A DNA stretch of 64,000 nucleotides from an uncultured Chloroflexia bacterium (GTDB lineage: Bacteria > Chloroflexota > Limnocylindria > Limnocylindrales > CSP1-4): assembly GCA_963813535.1 (NCBI GenBank), contig CAWEZH010000002.1, positions 1,120,573 to 1,184,572 of the forward strand, written 5' to 3'. The notes below the pieces were generated by a model, which was not told the origin of the DNA, ran no database searches, and saw only the letters and a program-made list of their open reading frames with translations. The position numbers and the translations under genes were made by a program. Positions 27,189-36,774 of this stretch are shown here, piece by piece; the first letter of the stretch is position 1; the number at the start of each line of letters is the position of its first letter.

Positions 27189-27265
27189 TGGTACCGCATA
27201 CCGGATTCGAACCGGTGATCTCCGCCTTGAGAGGGCGGTGTCCTGGGCCTCTAGACGAATGCGGC
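27189..27265 (-). tRNA. tRNA-Glu (anticodon CTC), 77 nt with encoded CCA
   Basis: The minus strand reads GCCGCATTCGTCTAGAGGCCCAGGACACCGCCCTCTCAAGGCGGAGATCACCGGTTCGAATCCGGTATGCGGTACCA. It has a 7-bp acceptor stem (G1-U72 wobble), an anticodon loop CTCTCAA, and a T-loop GGTTCGAATCC. Confidence 0.9.
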
Positions 27266-27342
27266 GCCGGCCGTCGGGTGGAGGCCACCACGACGGCCGA
27301 CAGGATACCAGAGGAGGCGAGCCCGGGGTCCGGGCCCGGCCG

Positions 27343-29439
27343 TCAGTCTTCCTTCAGGATGTAGAACCCATCGACGGCAACGGTCGGTCGCCCGCTCGTG
27401 CCGACGACCACGATCCGCAGTGAATGCGAGCCGTCCCGGACGTCCGCAGCCCAGACGATGTCCCGGGCCCTGAACGTCGCGGAATGCATGTCGACGGTGG
27501 CGACGTGCCTCCCGTCGAGGTAGATGCGCGCCTGGCCACGGGTGGGACCGGTCGGGCCCTCCCAGGCCACCGCGGTGCCGCTGAACTTCAGCGTCCCGTT
27601 CGCGCTACGCGCGTTCGAGCTGTGCGCTCGCCGGCCGGTGTACTGGGTGTGGGACGCGTAGGTCCACGTCCCTGCCCACTTGATCGCACTTGCCGAGTCG
27701 GAGTAGGCGGTAGCGATCATCGTCCTCGAGGATCGCCAGTCGCCGACCGTCCCGTCCTGGTCGATCGCGCGGACGCGATACCGGACTTGGGATCCGGACG
27801 GCACGTTCAGCCGAGCGTAGCTCAGCGTCGGCGTGCCGAGAGCGACCCGGCTCCAATCGCCATCGCCGTGGCGGACCTCCAGCTGGTAGGCCTTCAGCCC
27901 TGCGTCGGTCGACTCGAGGTCCCAGTCGACCAGCACCGGCACACCGGACATCGGTGCCGTCGACGCCGCGGAGAGGGCGATGAGCGGACGCGTGGTCTCC
28001 GGCTGCGCGTTCGACTGCGGGCGCGGTGCCGGCGTGGGTGTCGGGGTCGGTGCTGACGTCGGCTCGGGAGTCGGCGCCTCCGTGGGTTCGGGCGTGTCGG
28101 TCGGAGCCGGCGGGCCGCCCGCTCCATCCGGCGTGGCCGTCGGTGTGCTGGTGGGAACGGCCGTCCCGACCGGGGTCGGGGCAGCGGTCGGCGTTGGAGT
28201 CGGCGTCGGGGTCGCCGTCGCCGTGGCCCTTGCCGTCGGTGTCGGGGTCGGTGTCCGGGTGGGCGTCGCGGTCGGTGCCGCCGTCGGCGGCGGCGTCGCA
28301 GGCGGCAGGGTCGGAGCGGGCACCGGCGGGGCGCCGGCACCGGCGGGCCCGTACAGCCAGTCGGTGAAGCCGAAGTTCTTGCCGCCTCGTGCCGGGGCAG
28401 CCGTCTTGTACGCGGTCCCGTAGCGGCGATCGATCAGCCAGGTCTGCCATTCGTCATCGCCTGTCGCGGCCCAGTGCGCCTTCTCATACAGGAAGCGCGC
28501 CGCGCGCAGGAGGGCCTTGTCCGACCATGCCCAGGCGTCATAGCCGTTGGCACGCAGGATCTCGGCCTGGAGGACGGCACCTTGCATGCCCTCCCATGGG
28601 TAACCCGTGCTGGCGGGCGGCCATCGCAGCGCACCGCCACGACGCATGTCGTCGGGGATGACGCCGTCGATGCTGATGCCGCTCTTCGTGCACCCGACCG
28701 GGTTGATGCCGACCGGCTTCGAGGTGTCGCATTGCCAGCTCAACTCGCCGTACGAGAAGCCGGCGTACGCGGTCCGGTCGCCGAGCCAGCCGCGGAACAC
28801 CTGGGCGGTGCGCGCGAGCTGCGCGCTGTCGCCGAGGTACGCCGCGATCGCCGCCCGGGATGCGCCCGCGTGAGTGCCCCAATTGTTCGGGCGTTCCTCA
28901 TGCGTGTTCACGAGCGTGCGTCCCGAGAGCGACTCGGTCAGCAGCGATCGGAGCCAGGGGCGGAACGTGTTCTGCTCGAACGACGGGTCGACCGCGCCGA
29001 GGTCGATGAAGTCCGCGGCGAGCACGTAGCCGGGCAGATTCCGCCCGAGCGCGAGGGTCCGGCCACCGTTCTCGCTATTGACGGCCGCCCTCAGTGCCGA
29101 CAGCACATCAGAGCGGTACGAGGCGACGCCGGTGCGAGCGAATACGAGTGCCTTGGCGAAGGTCGTCTGGTCGGCGGACTCGTCCTGGTTGGAGATGTCC
29201 GGCGTGCCGATCGATGAGTCGGCTCGGGCCTTGAGCGCCGCCCACGCGGCTCCGCTCGTCGGTCGCGAGAGAAGCTCGGATCGCGACATCAGGATGTAGT
29301 CGGTCGCGGCGGAGGTGGGGCTGAGACGGGCGATGGCCAGGATCGACCCGATGGCTACAGCAAGAGCCAGGAGAGTGACGATCAGCGAAGGGATGGTCCG
29401 GCGAGACGCCCACTGGGCGCCGATCGAAACCGCCGACAT
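27343..29439 (-). CDS. secreted polysaccharide lyase, alginate-lyase-like (alpha/alpha toroid) with PT-rich linker and FN3-like plus C-terminal beta domains
   Basis: A GGAGAGGAG Shine-Dalgarno sequence precedes a signal/TM segment (LIVTLLALAVAIGSILA). The N-terminal domain has NNWGTHAGASRAAIAAYLGD, reminiscent of the alginate-lyase NNHSYW block. A TPTPTPT linker and C-terminal beta-rich domains (YQLEVRHGDGDWS...) follow. Confidence 0.6.
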   Translation of the reverse strand: MSAVSIGAQWASRRTIPSLIVTLLALAVAIGSILAIARLSPTSAATDYILMSRSELLSRPTSGAAWAALKARADSSIGTPDISNQDESADQTTFAKALVFARTGVASYRSDVLSALRAAVNSENGGRTLALGRNLPGYVLAADFIDLGAVDPSFEQNTFRPWLRSLLTESLSGRTLVNTHEERPNNWGTHAGASRAAIAAYLGDSAQLARTAQVFRGWLGDRTAYAGFSYGELSWQCDTSKPVGINPVGCTKSGISIDGVIPDDMRRGGALRWPPASTGYPWEGMQGAVLQAEILRANGYDAWAWSDKALLRAARFLYEKAHWAATGDDEWQTWLIDRRYGTAYKTAAPARGGKNFGFTDWLYGPAGAGAPPVPAPTLPPATPPPTAAPTATPTRTPTPTPTARATATATPTPTPTPTAAPTPVGTAVPTSTPTATPDGAGGPPAPTDTPEPTEAPTPEPTSAPTPTPTPAPRPQSNAQPETTRPLIALSAASTAPMSGVPVLVDWDLESTDAGLKAYQLEVRHGDGDWSRVALGTPTLSYARLNVPSGSQVRYRVRAIDQDGTVGDWRSSRTMIATAYSDSASAIKWAGTWTYASHTQYTGRRAHSSNARSANGTLKFSGTAVAWEGPTGPTRGQARIYLDGRHVATVDMHSATFRARDIVWAADVRDGSHSLRIVVVGTSGRPTVAVDGFYILKED

Positions 29440-29731
29440 GATGCTCCTCTCTACCTGGACGCCGTCGGGGGACGGCGAACGAAGGCTGTCCGGGCGTGAC
29501 GGGGTCACGACCCGGATATGTCCAGGGAGCTTGGAGATCCGTGCCAGAGCGGCACGGGGATGGGGGCCGGCGGCCGGTCGTCAGTGAGCGCGGCGATCGG
29601 ACGCCGTTGGGGGACTCCCTGCGTGGGTGATTGTGGCAGACATCACAGTCGCGTGTCCCCGGCGCACCATGCGATAACAACCGCACGACGGCCTTTTCGG
29701 TGCCTGCACGCACCACAAAGGCCTCATTTCG

Positions 29732-30622
29732 CTAAAGCCGGTGCGTCTCCAGGAACGTCCTGACGGCTTCGGCCACCTGCTGGTAGCTCTGCTCGCCATG
29801 GATGAGACCGAAGTGCGAATGGGCACCGAATGGCTCGAAATCCGAGTCCAGCCACTCGGCGAGCCGCTCGGCATCGTCGAGCGTCGTGAACCGATCGAGG
29901 CCACCCGCGATCACCAGTCGGGGCACTTCCGACACGACCCGGCGGTCGACCGGGATGCCGGCGATGACCTGGCGTCGGGCGGCGCCGGACTCGTGCGGCT
30001 TCTGGCCGAGGAGGTGCTGGATGCGCAGCACGTCAGCCAGGGTGAGATCGCGGTCGTCGCGCAGCCGTCGCTCCGGTAGGGTCTCCCACCCGATCACGCT
30101 GCGGCCATAAACCTCGGGGATCTCGCGCAGCTCGAACGGTCTGGCAGGTGGCCGCAACTCGCGCGGCATCTGCGGGGCGATGAGGACGAGGCCCGAGATC
30201 GCCACGCGCTCGGCAGCCTTGAGCGCCAGGAGACCCCCCATCCCGTGCCCGATGGCGACGGTCGTCGGCCCGAGCCGGTCGAGCGCCGCGACGACGTCCT
30301 CGAGGTAGGTGTCGAATGACAGCGTCGTCGGGTCCGCGGTCAGGGACCAGTAGTGATTTCGCAGATTGACCGCGTGGCCCTCCCAGCCGCGACCCGCGAA
30401 GTACCCGAGGAACCGCTCCCACACCCACGAGCCGGCGAGCTCGCCGTGGACGAACATCAGCGGCTTGCGACGCGACCGCCGCTCCGGCAGCCACGACTCG
30501 ATATAGATGCCCCGATCGTGCAGCTCGATCTCATCCTTCCGGACGGGGCGGCCGTTCGCCGGCGGCGATTGGGTGCGGCTCAGGAGCGGTTCGGGCATCG
30601 CGTCGGGCATGCGGCTCACCAT
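29732..30622 (-). CDS. alpha/beta hydrolase fold protein
   Basis: Translation contains LMFVHGELAGSWVWERF and the nucleophile elbow GHGMGG. The start MVSRMPDAMP overlaps the upstream stop in an ATGGTGA junction. Confidence 0.7.
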   Translation of the reverse strand: MVSRMPDAMPEPLLSRTQSPPANGRPVRKDEIELHDRGIYIESWLPERRSRRKPLMFVHGELAGSWVWERFLGYFAGRGWEGHAVNLRNHYWSLTADPTTLSFDTYLEDVVAALDRLGPTTVAIGHGMGGLLALKAAERVAISGLVLIAPQMPRELRPPARPFELREIPEVYGRSVIGWETLPERRLRDDRDLTLADVLRIQHLLGQKPHESGAARRQVIAGIPVDRRVVSEVPRLVIAGGLDRFTTLDDAERLAEWLDSDFEPFGAHSHFGLIHGEQSYQQVAEAVRTFLETHRL

Positions 30623-31950
30623 TCGTGCGGGTTGATGACCAGGCCGGTCAGGGCCTTGGGATAGAAGTAGGTCGATTTCTGCGGCATCACGTCGCCCTCG
30701 CGGGCGACCGCCTCGATCGCGGCGACCGGTGTCGGCTCGAGAAGGAACGCGGCATCGACTCCCTCGCCGGCATCGACGGCGGCGATCGCCTCCGCCTCCG
30801 ATTTCGTATAGGTGATGGCACCCGCCGTCACGGCCTCGGCATCGATGCCGGCCAGCTGCTCCAGTGCCACACCGAGCATCGTCACGTCGAGCGACCGTAG
30901 CGCATCGCCGCCCGGCGGGAGAAGCGGCTCGAACGCGTCGCGACGAGCAGCGAGGATGGAACCGCCCGATCGTGTCCACAGACCGAACCATCCCCGGCCG
31001 CCAATGTCCTCGGCGCTTCGGTCGCCACCGGATAGCGCTGCGGTCAGCTCTTCGGGCGACGCGACCGGTGTCACGTCGAACAGCTCGCGCGCGCGCGACG
31101 GAAGCTCGGCCGCGGCGTCCTCGCCGATGCCGCGCACTAGTCGGTGGGTCGGCAGGACCGTGAGCTCCTGGCCGCGCGCCTCGAGCATCAGCGCCAGGAC
31201 GTAGTCGAACGGCGGGTCCTCGTCACACGACCGCGTCATCCGTCGCTCGTCCCGATAGCGAAGCGCCGTCTCGTAGCGGTGATGGCCGTCCGCGATGGTG
31301 ATCGGTCCCGTGGAGGCGGCCCCGAGCAATGCTCCTGCGACGATGCTCGCCGGACCGTCGCCTGACGCCGGCAGTGCCCACATCCGGTGGCCGACTCCAT
31401 CGTCATCGGTCACGTCGACGTCGGGGGGTCCGGCGGCCACCGCCGCGAGCCGCTCCCCTGTCCCGACGTCCGGGTCGTCGAAGAGGACCACGACGGGACT
31501 GGTGTTCACCCCCGTCGCCCGGAGCAGCTTGTACCGGTCCTCCTTCGGGCCACTGAGCGTCCGCTCGTGCGGCAGCACCCCCGACTCGGGTCCGTAGGGC
31601 TCCAGCCCGAGCCGAGCGAAGAACCCTCGCTGGACCCGATCGGTGACGGTCCCGGGGACGCGATAGCGCTGTTCGTAGACGTACACGGACGGGTGGGGAT
31701 CCTTGCGCAGGGTCCCATCGGAGCGCCATGTCGCGAGCGTTCGGGCCGCGCGACGGTAGCGATCATCCGGGCCGTCGCCCAGCTCGTCGGCGGGCAGGTC
31801 GAGGCGGACGACGTTGGCCGGATGGCGGGCCACGAGCCGGGCACGCGTCTCCGGATCGATCACGTCGTACGGCGGCGCCATCACTGCAGCGAGGTCGCCC
31901 ACGCTCGACGGCTCGTAGCGCAGGGCGCGGAAAGGTCGGAGGTCGGGCAC
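30616..31950 (-). CDS. DUF1015 family protein
   Basis: A GTG start gives VPDLRPFRALRYEP, the typical DUF1015 N-terminus. The C-terminus ends MPQKSTYFYPKALTGLVINP. The 650-aa track ORF has an implausible N-terminal extension. Confidence 0.8.
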   Translation of the reverse strand: MPDLRPFRALRYEPSSVGDLAAVMAPPYDVIDPETRARLVARHPANVVRLDLPADELGDGPDDRYRRAARTLATWRSDGTLRKDPHPSVYVYEQRYRVPGTVTDRVQRGFFARLGLEPYGPESGVLPHERTLSGPKEDRYKLLRATGVNTSPVVVLFDDPDVGTGERLAAVAAGPPDVDVTDDDGVGHRMWALPASGDGPASIVAGALLGAASTGPITIADGHHRYETALRYRDERRMTRSCDEDPPFDYVLALMLEARGQELTVLPTHRLVRGIGEDAAAELPSRARELFDVTPVASPEELTAALSGGDRSAEDIGGRGWFGLWTRSGGSILAARRDAFEPLLPPGGDALRSLDVTMLGVALEQLAGIDAEAVTAGAITYTKSEAEAIAAVDAGEGVDAAFLLEPTPVAAIEAVAREGDVMPQKSTYFYPKALTGLVINPHEW

Positions 31951-32136
31951 GGATCCTTCGGGATGACGGCACGCAGCCTGCGGCTCTGGGGACCGCCTCA
32001 TCGTACGATACGTCCCGTACGGACGGGGACGGGCTGTCGGCGCCCCGACAACCTGCCCATCGGACGCAACTTTCACCGTGGGTCGGGCGTCCTTGCTGCG
32101 TCCATCCTCCCGCCTGACGGCAGCATCGGAGTCCGC
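31951..32136. promoter_or_regulatory. divergent intergenic region between the DUF1015 (-) gene and the ABC/MoxR cluster (+)
   Basis: A 186-bp gap flanked by divergent starts. No specific -35/-10 could be assigned by eye in this GC-rich DNA. Confidence 0.3.
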
Positions 32137-34632
32137 GTGTCTCATCAACGCTCGACGAGAGTCCCGGTCGCCGCGCGCCTGTTGCGCGTCGTGGCGGCAG
32201 CCGCCCTCGTCGGTGCGCTCGTCGGGCTCCCGGGCGGCGTCAGCGCGGCACCGTTCGCCGCGGTCACCCCGCCACCTGGTCTCACGATGGAGGCGACTGT
32301 CCTCCTCGACGGTCACGCACGCGTCGGGGCATGGATGGCCATCGACGTCCGCCTCAAGAACGACGGGCCGCCCATCACCGGTGAGCTGCGGCTCACCGGT
32401 GGGACGCAGGGCCGGACCCGGTTCGGGACCCTGGTCGAGGCACCCACCCAGTCGGACCAGACCCATCGCCTGTACGCCCAGCCACCGGGCTTCGGGCGCG
32501 AACTCGAGATCAGCCTCGTGAGCGGCGCCGACACGATCGCCACGACCAAGGCGGCCTTCACGATCCACGACGGGACCCAGATGGTCGTCGCCATCGTGGC
32601 CGAGCGACCCGGCGACGTCATCGGCGATCTCGACCTGCTGCCCAACGTCAACAACGTCAAGCCGTTGACCGTCGGCCTCGACCCGGCCGACCTGCCGACC
32701 CGCGTCGAGGCGTGGAGCGCGGTGGACCGGCTGATCTGGCAGGACGTCGATTCGAACCAGCTCAGCCCCGAGCAGCTCGATGCGATCCGCGGCTGGGTCG
32801 CCGGCGGTGGACGGCTGATCATCGCCGGTGGGACGGCCGGACCATCCAGCCTGTCGGCGTTCCCCGACGCGATCCTGCCCTATCGCCCGACGACGACCAC
32901 CGATGTCGCACCCTCGTCACTCGTCGCGCTGCTCGGCGAGCTGCCCGACGGGGCGACCGACCTTCCGGCCCTGTCTGGGGAGCTCATCGCGGGCCGGTCG
33001 CTCGCCACGGTCGGCGGCGAGACGGTCGCCGCGGAACGAACGTATGGCGCCGGAGCGGTCACCATCATCGGCTTCGATCCGACGACGCGCTGGCTCACCG
33101 GCACGAGCATCGCCGAGGGGCTGTGGCGGCGCCTGATCCCGACCCGAGCCGCGGGTACGGCGACGACCGGCGACGACAGCCAGATCGTCCAGGCTGCTGC
33201 GCAGCTCCCCTCGCTCGCCCTGCCGCCGGTCGGTGGGCTCGTGGGACTGCTCGCGGTGTACATCCTGCTGATCGGGCCGATCAACTACTTCGTGCTCAAG
33301 CGTCTCGACAAGCGCGAATGGGCGTGGGTGACGATGCCGGTGCTGATCGTGACCTTCGCGGCCGTCGCGTACGGCGTCGGGTCCGCCCTGCGCGGCAGCG
33401 ACATCATCGTCAACGAGGCCGCGATCGTCCGCGGTGCCCCAGGCGTCACCGAGGGTCTCGCCCAGACGTATCTCGGTGTCTTCTCACCGACCCGCGGCGC
33501 GTACCAGCTGCGCATCCCGGGTGGCGCGCTGCTGTCGTCGCCGACCAATGGCGACTTCATCGGCGACGGCACGGCAGCAAGCCTCGACGTGCTCCAGGGC
33601 GATCCGTCCCGCGTCCGCGACCTCAGCGTCGGCTTCGGCTCGTTGCGCACGATCCGGGCCGAGAGCTCGGTGAAGACCGTCCCCCTCGTCCAGGCCGACC
33701 TTCGCCTCGAGGATGGCCGGCTGCGGGGCACCGTGACGAATGCCTCGGAGGAGGTCCTCCAGGCACCTGCCGTCGTGCTCGGTGGCACGGTCGCCAAGCT
33801 GTCCGACATGGCTCCCGGCCAGACCGTGAACGTCGACGTCGCGCTCCAGGCCATCCAGCAGGGTCAGCAGCTGTCGGACAAGATCGTCGGCCCGCTGTTC
33901 TTCGGCGATCCGCGGCAGGCGGGTGAGGGTTCGGCCCGCCAGTACGCCCGCCACACCATCATCGACCAGCTCACGTTCGACCCGAACTGGGGGTTCACGG
34001 GCCAGTTGCCGGCCGACGGCGCCGTCGTGCTGGCGTGGTCCGATCGCGAGCTCCTGCCGGTCGAGATCGAGGGGCAGGTCGCTCGCCGCACCGCCAACGT
34101 CCTGTGGTTCCTGCCGGCCGACATCTCGGTCAGTGGCAAGACCACGTTCCGCCAGGATCTGCTGCGGAACACGGTCGTGTCCAGCGATGCCGCGTTCTTC
34201 AACAAGGACCCGTTCAACATCAGCTTCGGAAAGGGCAAGGCCGAACTGTCCTATCGACCCATCTCCTTCGAGGGCACGATCGATACCAGCCAGCTGGCGA
34301 TGGGCTTCAACTTCGGGGAGTTCGGCGTCCCGATCGATCCCAAGCCCATCAAGCCGCTCGACACGATCCCGGTCGCGTGTGGCGACAAGCCCGTCGCAGG
34401 GTGCGTCCAGGCGGTGTTCGACGGTATGCCCGAGGTCGAGCTGTACGACCTGACGACTGCCGCCTGGCGGCGTCTCCCGCACCTGGCGAGCGGCTCACGC
34501 TACGCGGTGGCCGACCCAGCGAACTACGTCGACAAGACGACGGGCACGGTCCTTGTGCGCTTCATCAATGATTCCGGAGACTGGGTCGGTTTCAATCTCG
34601 ACCTCTCGATCACCGGGGATATCCGACCATGA
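32137..34632 (+). CDS. large exported protein with signal peptide and internal TM pair; putative GldG-like ABC-transporter auxiliary component (first gene of cluster)
   Basis: A GTG start gives VSHQRSTRVPVAARLLRVVAAAALVGALVGLPGGVSA, a signal peptide. An about 520-aa beta-rich ectodomain (...GWVAGGGRLIIAGGTAG...) is followed by two TM helices (LVGLLAVYILLIGPINYFV / WAWVTMPVLIVTFAAVAYGV) and a second ectodomain. It overlaps the ABC ATPase start by 4 nt. The family assignment is inferred from context. Confidence 0.5.
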   Translation: MSHQRSTRVPVAARLLRVVAAAALVGALVGLPGGVSAAPFAAVTPPPGLTMEATVLLDGHARVGAWMAIDVRLKNDGPPITGELRLTGGTQGRTRFGTLVEAPTQSDQTHRLYAQPPGFGRELEISLVSGADTIATTKAAFTIHDGTQMVVAIVAERPGDVIGDLDLLPNVNNVKPLTVGLDPADLPTRVEAWSAVDRLIWQDVDSNQLSPEQLDAIRGWVAGGGRLIIAGGTAGPSSLSAFPDAILPYRPTTTTDVAPSSLVALLGELPDGATDLPALSGELIAGRSLATVGGETVAAERTYGAGAVTIIGFDPTTRWLTGTSIAEGLWRRLIPTRAAGTATTGDDSQIVQAAAQLPSLALPPVGGLVGLLAVYILLIGPINYFVLKRLDKREWAWVTMPVLIVTFAAVAYGVGSALRGSDIIVNEAAIVRGAPGVTEGLAQTYLGVFSPTRGAYQLRIPGGALLSSPTNGDFIGDGTAASLDVLQGDPSRVRDLSVGFGSLRTIRAESSVKTVPLVQADLRLEDGRLRGTVTNASEEVLQAPAVVLGGTVAKLSDMAPGQTVNVDVALQAIQQGQQLSDKIVGPLFFGDPRQAGEGSARQYARHTIIDQLTFDPNWGFTGQLPADGAVVLAWSDRELLPVEIEGQVARRTANVLWFLPADISVSGKTTFRQDLLRNTVVSSDAAFFNKDPFNISFGKGKAELSYRPISFEGTIDTSQLAMGFNFGEFGVPIDPKPIKPLDTIPVACGDKPVAGCVQAVFDGMPEVELYDLTTAAWRRLPHLASGSRYAVADPANYVDKTTGTVLVRFINDSGDWVGFNLDLSITGDIRP

Positions 34633-35591
34633 GCGAGATCGTCCGCACCGACGGCCTGGTCAAGCGCTATGACGGCACGCTGGCCGTCGCCGGCGTCGAC
34701 CTGTCCGTGGAGTCCGGCGAGATCTTCGGACTGGTCGGCCCCAACGGCGCGGGCAAGACGACCACGCTGCGCATCCTTGCGACGCTCCTCGCCCCGTCGG
34801 CCGGTACCGCAGAGATCGCCGGGATGTCGGTGACCCGGAACCCGGACCATGTCCGCCGCGTCATCGGGTTCATGCCGGACGCGTTCGGTGTCTACGACGA
34901 CATGAAGGTCTGGGAGTACCTCGATTTCTTCGCTCGCTGCTATGGCATCCCTCCGGCCGCGAGACGTCGGGTGATCACCGACCTGCTCGAGCTGGTCGAC
35001 CTAGCCGCGAAGCGGGATCAGTACGTCCAGACGCTGTCGCGCGGCATGCAGCAGCGACTGTGCCTCGCCCATGCGCTCGTCCACGATCCGCAGGTGCTGC
35101 TCCTCGACGAGCCTGCCTCGGGCCTCGATCCTCGGGCCCGGGTCGAGCTGCGCGAGCTGCTGCGGGAGCTCCGCGCGATGGGCAAGACGATCCTCATCAG
35201 CAGCCACATCCTTCCCGAGCTCGAGGAGCTGTGCACCAGCGTCGCGATCATCGATCGCGGCCAGGTGCTGGCCCAGGGTCGGGTCGCCGAGATCGAGAAG
35301 CGCCTCCGCTTCGGGGCGGTGCTCCGGGTGAAGGTGCTCCTCGAGGGCGAGGCCCTCGAAGCCGCGCGCGAGCGGCTCGCGGCCGACGCCGATGTCGCTT
35401 CCGCCGTGGTGCTCGAGGACGGCACGATCGAGCTCGGGTTCCGCGGCGATGACGAGGCGACTGCCCGCTTGCTGGCATCATCGGTGGCGTCCGGCATGCC
35501 GGTCGTGAGCTTCTCCCGGGCGGCAAGCGACCTCGAGGAGCTGTTCCTGCAGGTCACATCCCCCGACCAAGAACCCGTCGCCGCGGCGTAG
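34629..35591 (+). CDS. ABC transporter ATP-binding protein (ABC-2/GldA/NosF-like subfamily)
   Basis: Walker A GPNGAGKTT, Q-loop, signature LSRGMQQRL, Walker B LLLDEPASGLD and the H-loop SSHIL are all present. Confidence 0.9.
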   Translation: MSEIVRTDGLVKRYDGTLAVAGVDLSVESGEIFGLVGPNGAGKTTTLRILATLLAPSAGTAEIAGMSVTRNPDHVRRVIGFMPDAFGVYDDMKVWEYLDFFARCYGIPPAARRRVITDLLELVDLAAKRDQYVQTLSRGMQQRLCLAHALVHDPQVLLLDEPASGLDPRARVELRELLRELRAMGKTILISSHILPELEELCTSVAIIDRGQVLAQGRVAEIEKRLRFGAVLRVKVLLEGEALEAARERLAADADVASAVVLEDGTIELGFRGDDEATARLLASSVASGMPVVSFSRAASDLEELFLQVTSPDQEPVAAA

Positions 35592-35600
35592 GAGCGCGAT

Positions 35601-36774
35601 ATGGCCGAGATCACCGCCGCGCCGCCCCGACCGACAGGCCCGCGTTTCGGCGCGTTCGCACGCACGGTCGGAGGCATCGCCGCGATCGGCGTCAAGGAGC
35701 TCCGCGGGCGGATGCGCGGCCGGCGCGCCTTCGTGATCCTCACCATCTATCTGCTGCTGCTTGCCGGCTTCGCGCTCATGGTCGAGCGGGTCATGGAAAC
35801 GATGTTCGAGAACCCGTTCGCCGGGACGTCGGCGACGGCCAGCCCGACCATCGGCCAGGGCATCTTCGCGGCACTGCTGCTCCTGATGACCCTCCAGGTC
35901 GTCTTCCTGGCGCCGGCATCGACCGCGGGCGCGATCTCGCTCGAGCGCGAGAAGCAGACCCTCGAATTGCTCACCACGACGCCCATCAGCTCGCTGGCGA
36001 TCGTCGTCGGCAAGCTGCTGTCGGCACTCGTCTACGTGTTCCTGCTCATCGCCGCGTCTATCCCGTTGATGGCAGTGGTCTTCGTCTTCGGTGGTGTCGG
36101 CCCCGAGGACGTCGTCCGCGGCTACATCGTGCTGATCGTCACCGCACTCGGCCTGGGCTCGTTCGGGTTGCTCTGCTCCAGCATCGTCAAGCGGACGACG
36201 GCAGCCACCGCCATCACGATCTTCGGCGTCCTCGCGATCACGATCGGGACGGTGTTCCTGCTGGTCTTCTGGCAAGCGATGGGCTCGTTCGATGCGAACG
36301 GGAACCGGCGGCCCGGTCCGCTCGGCATCCGGACGCCCACGCCGCTCGCCTGGGTCAACCCCTTCATGGCGCAGCTCGACGTGCTGTGCGGTACCGAATT
36401 CGACGTTCGGCGGCGGATGGTGCGGCGTCGTCAACGGTTTGGTGCCGACGACCGACGGTGTCGTCTTCAACGACGGGGGCGGGGGCGTCCCCATGCCGGC
36501 CCCGATGCCGGTCGCGATCCCCGAGAAGGGCATGATGCCGGGCGCGGACGGCGCGGCCGTCATCGACGACGTCGGGGTGGCACGTGAGTTCGCCCCCGGC
36601 GACGTCGTGGCCGAGCAGCCGTTCGGCGTCCAGCGCGACACCCTGTGGACCAAGACCGTGGCGATGTGGCTCGGACTGTCGGTCCTGTTCCTGGTGCTCT
36701 CGGTCCAGGCGGTCTCGCCGACGCGGCGATGGCGGATCCGGCGCCCCTCGAGACACCGGAGTTCGCCGTCATGA
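35601..36774 (+). CDS. ABC-2 family permease (GldF/NosY-like, 6 TM), apparent frameshift near 36400 then a C-terminal extension with a 7th helix
   Basis: Frame 1 gives six TM helices up to ...AWVNPFMAQLDVLCGTEF. The +2 frame continues GGGWCGVVNGLVPTT...TVAMWLGLSVLFLVLSVQAVSP and ends at 36774, overlapping the next ATG in an ATGA junction. The rest of frame 1 is Arg-rich nonsense. Confidence 0.6.

Noticed and set aside
31387-32136. 750-nt N-terminal extension of the large cluster ORF (track start 31387)
   Set aside because: The extension runs antisense through the DUF1015 gene and has no coding signal. The real start is the GTG at 32137, just before the signal peptide.
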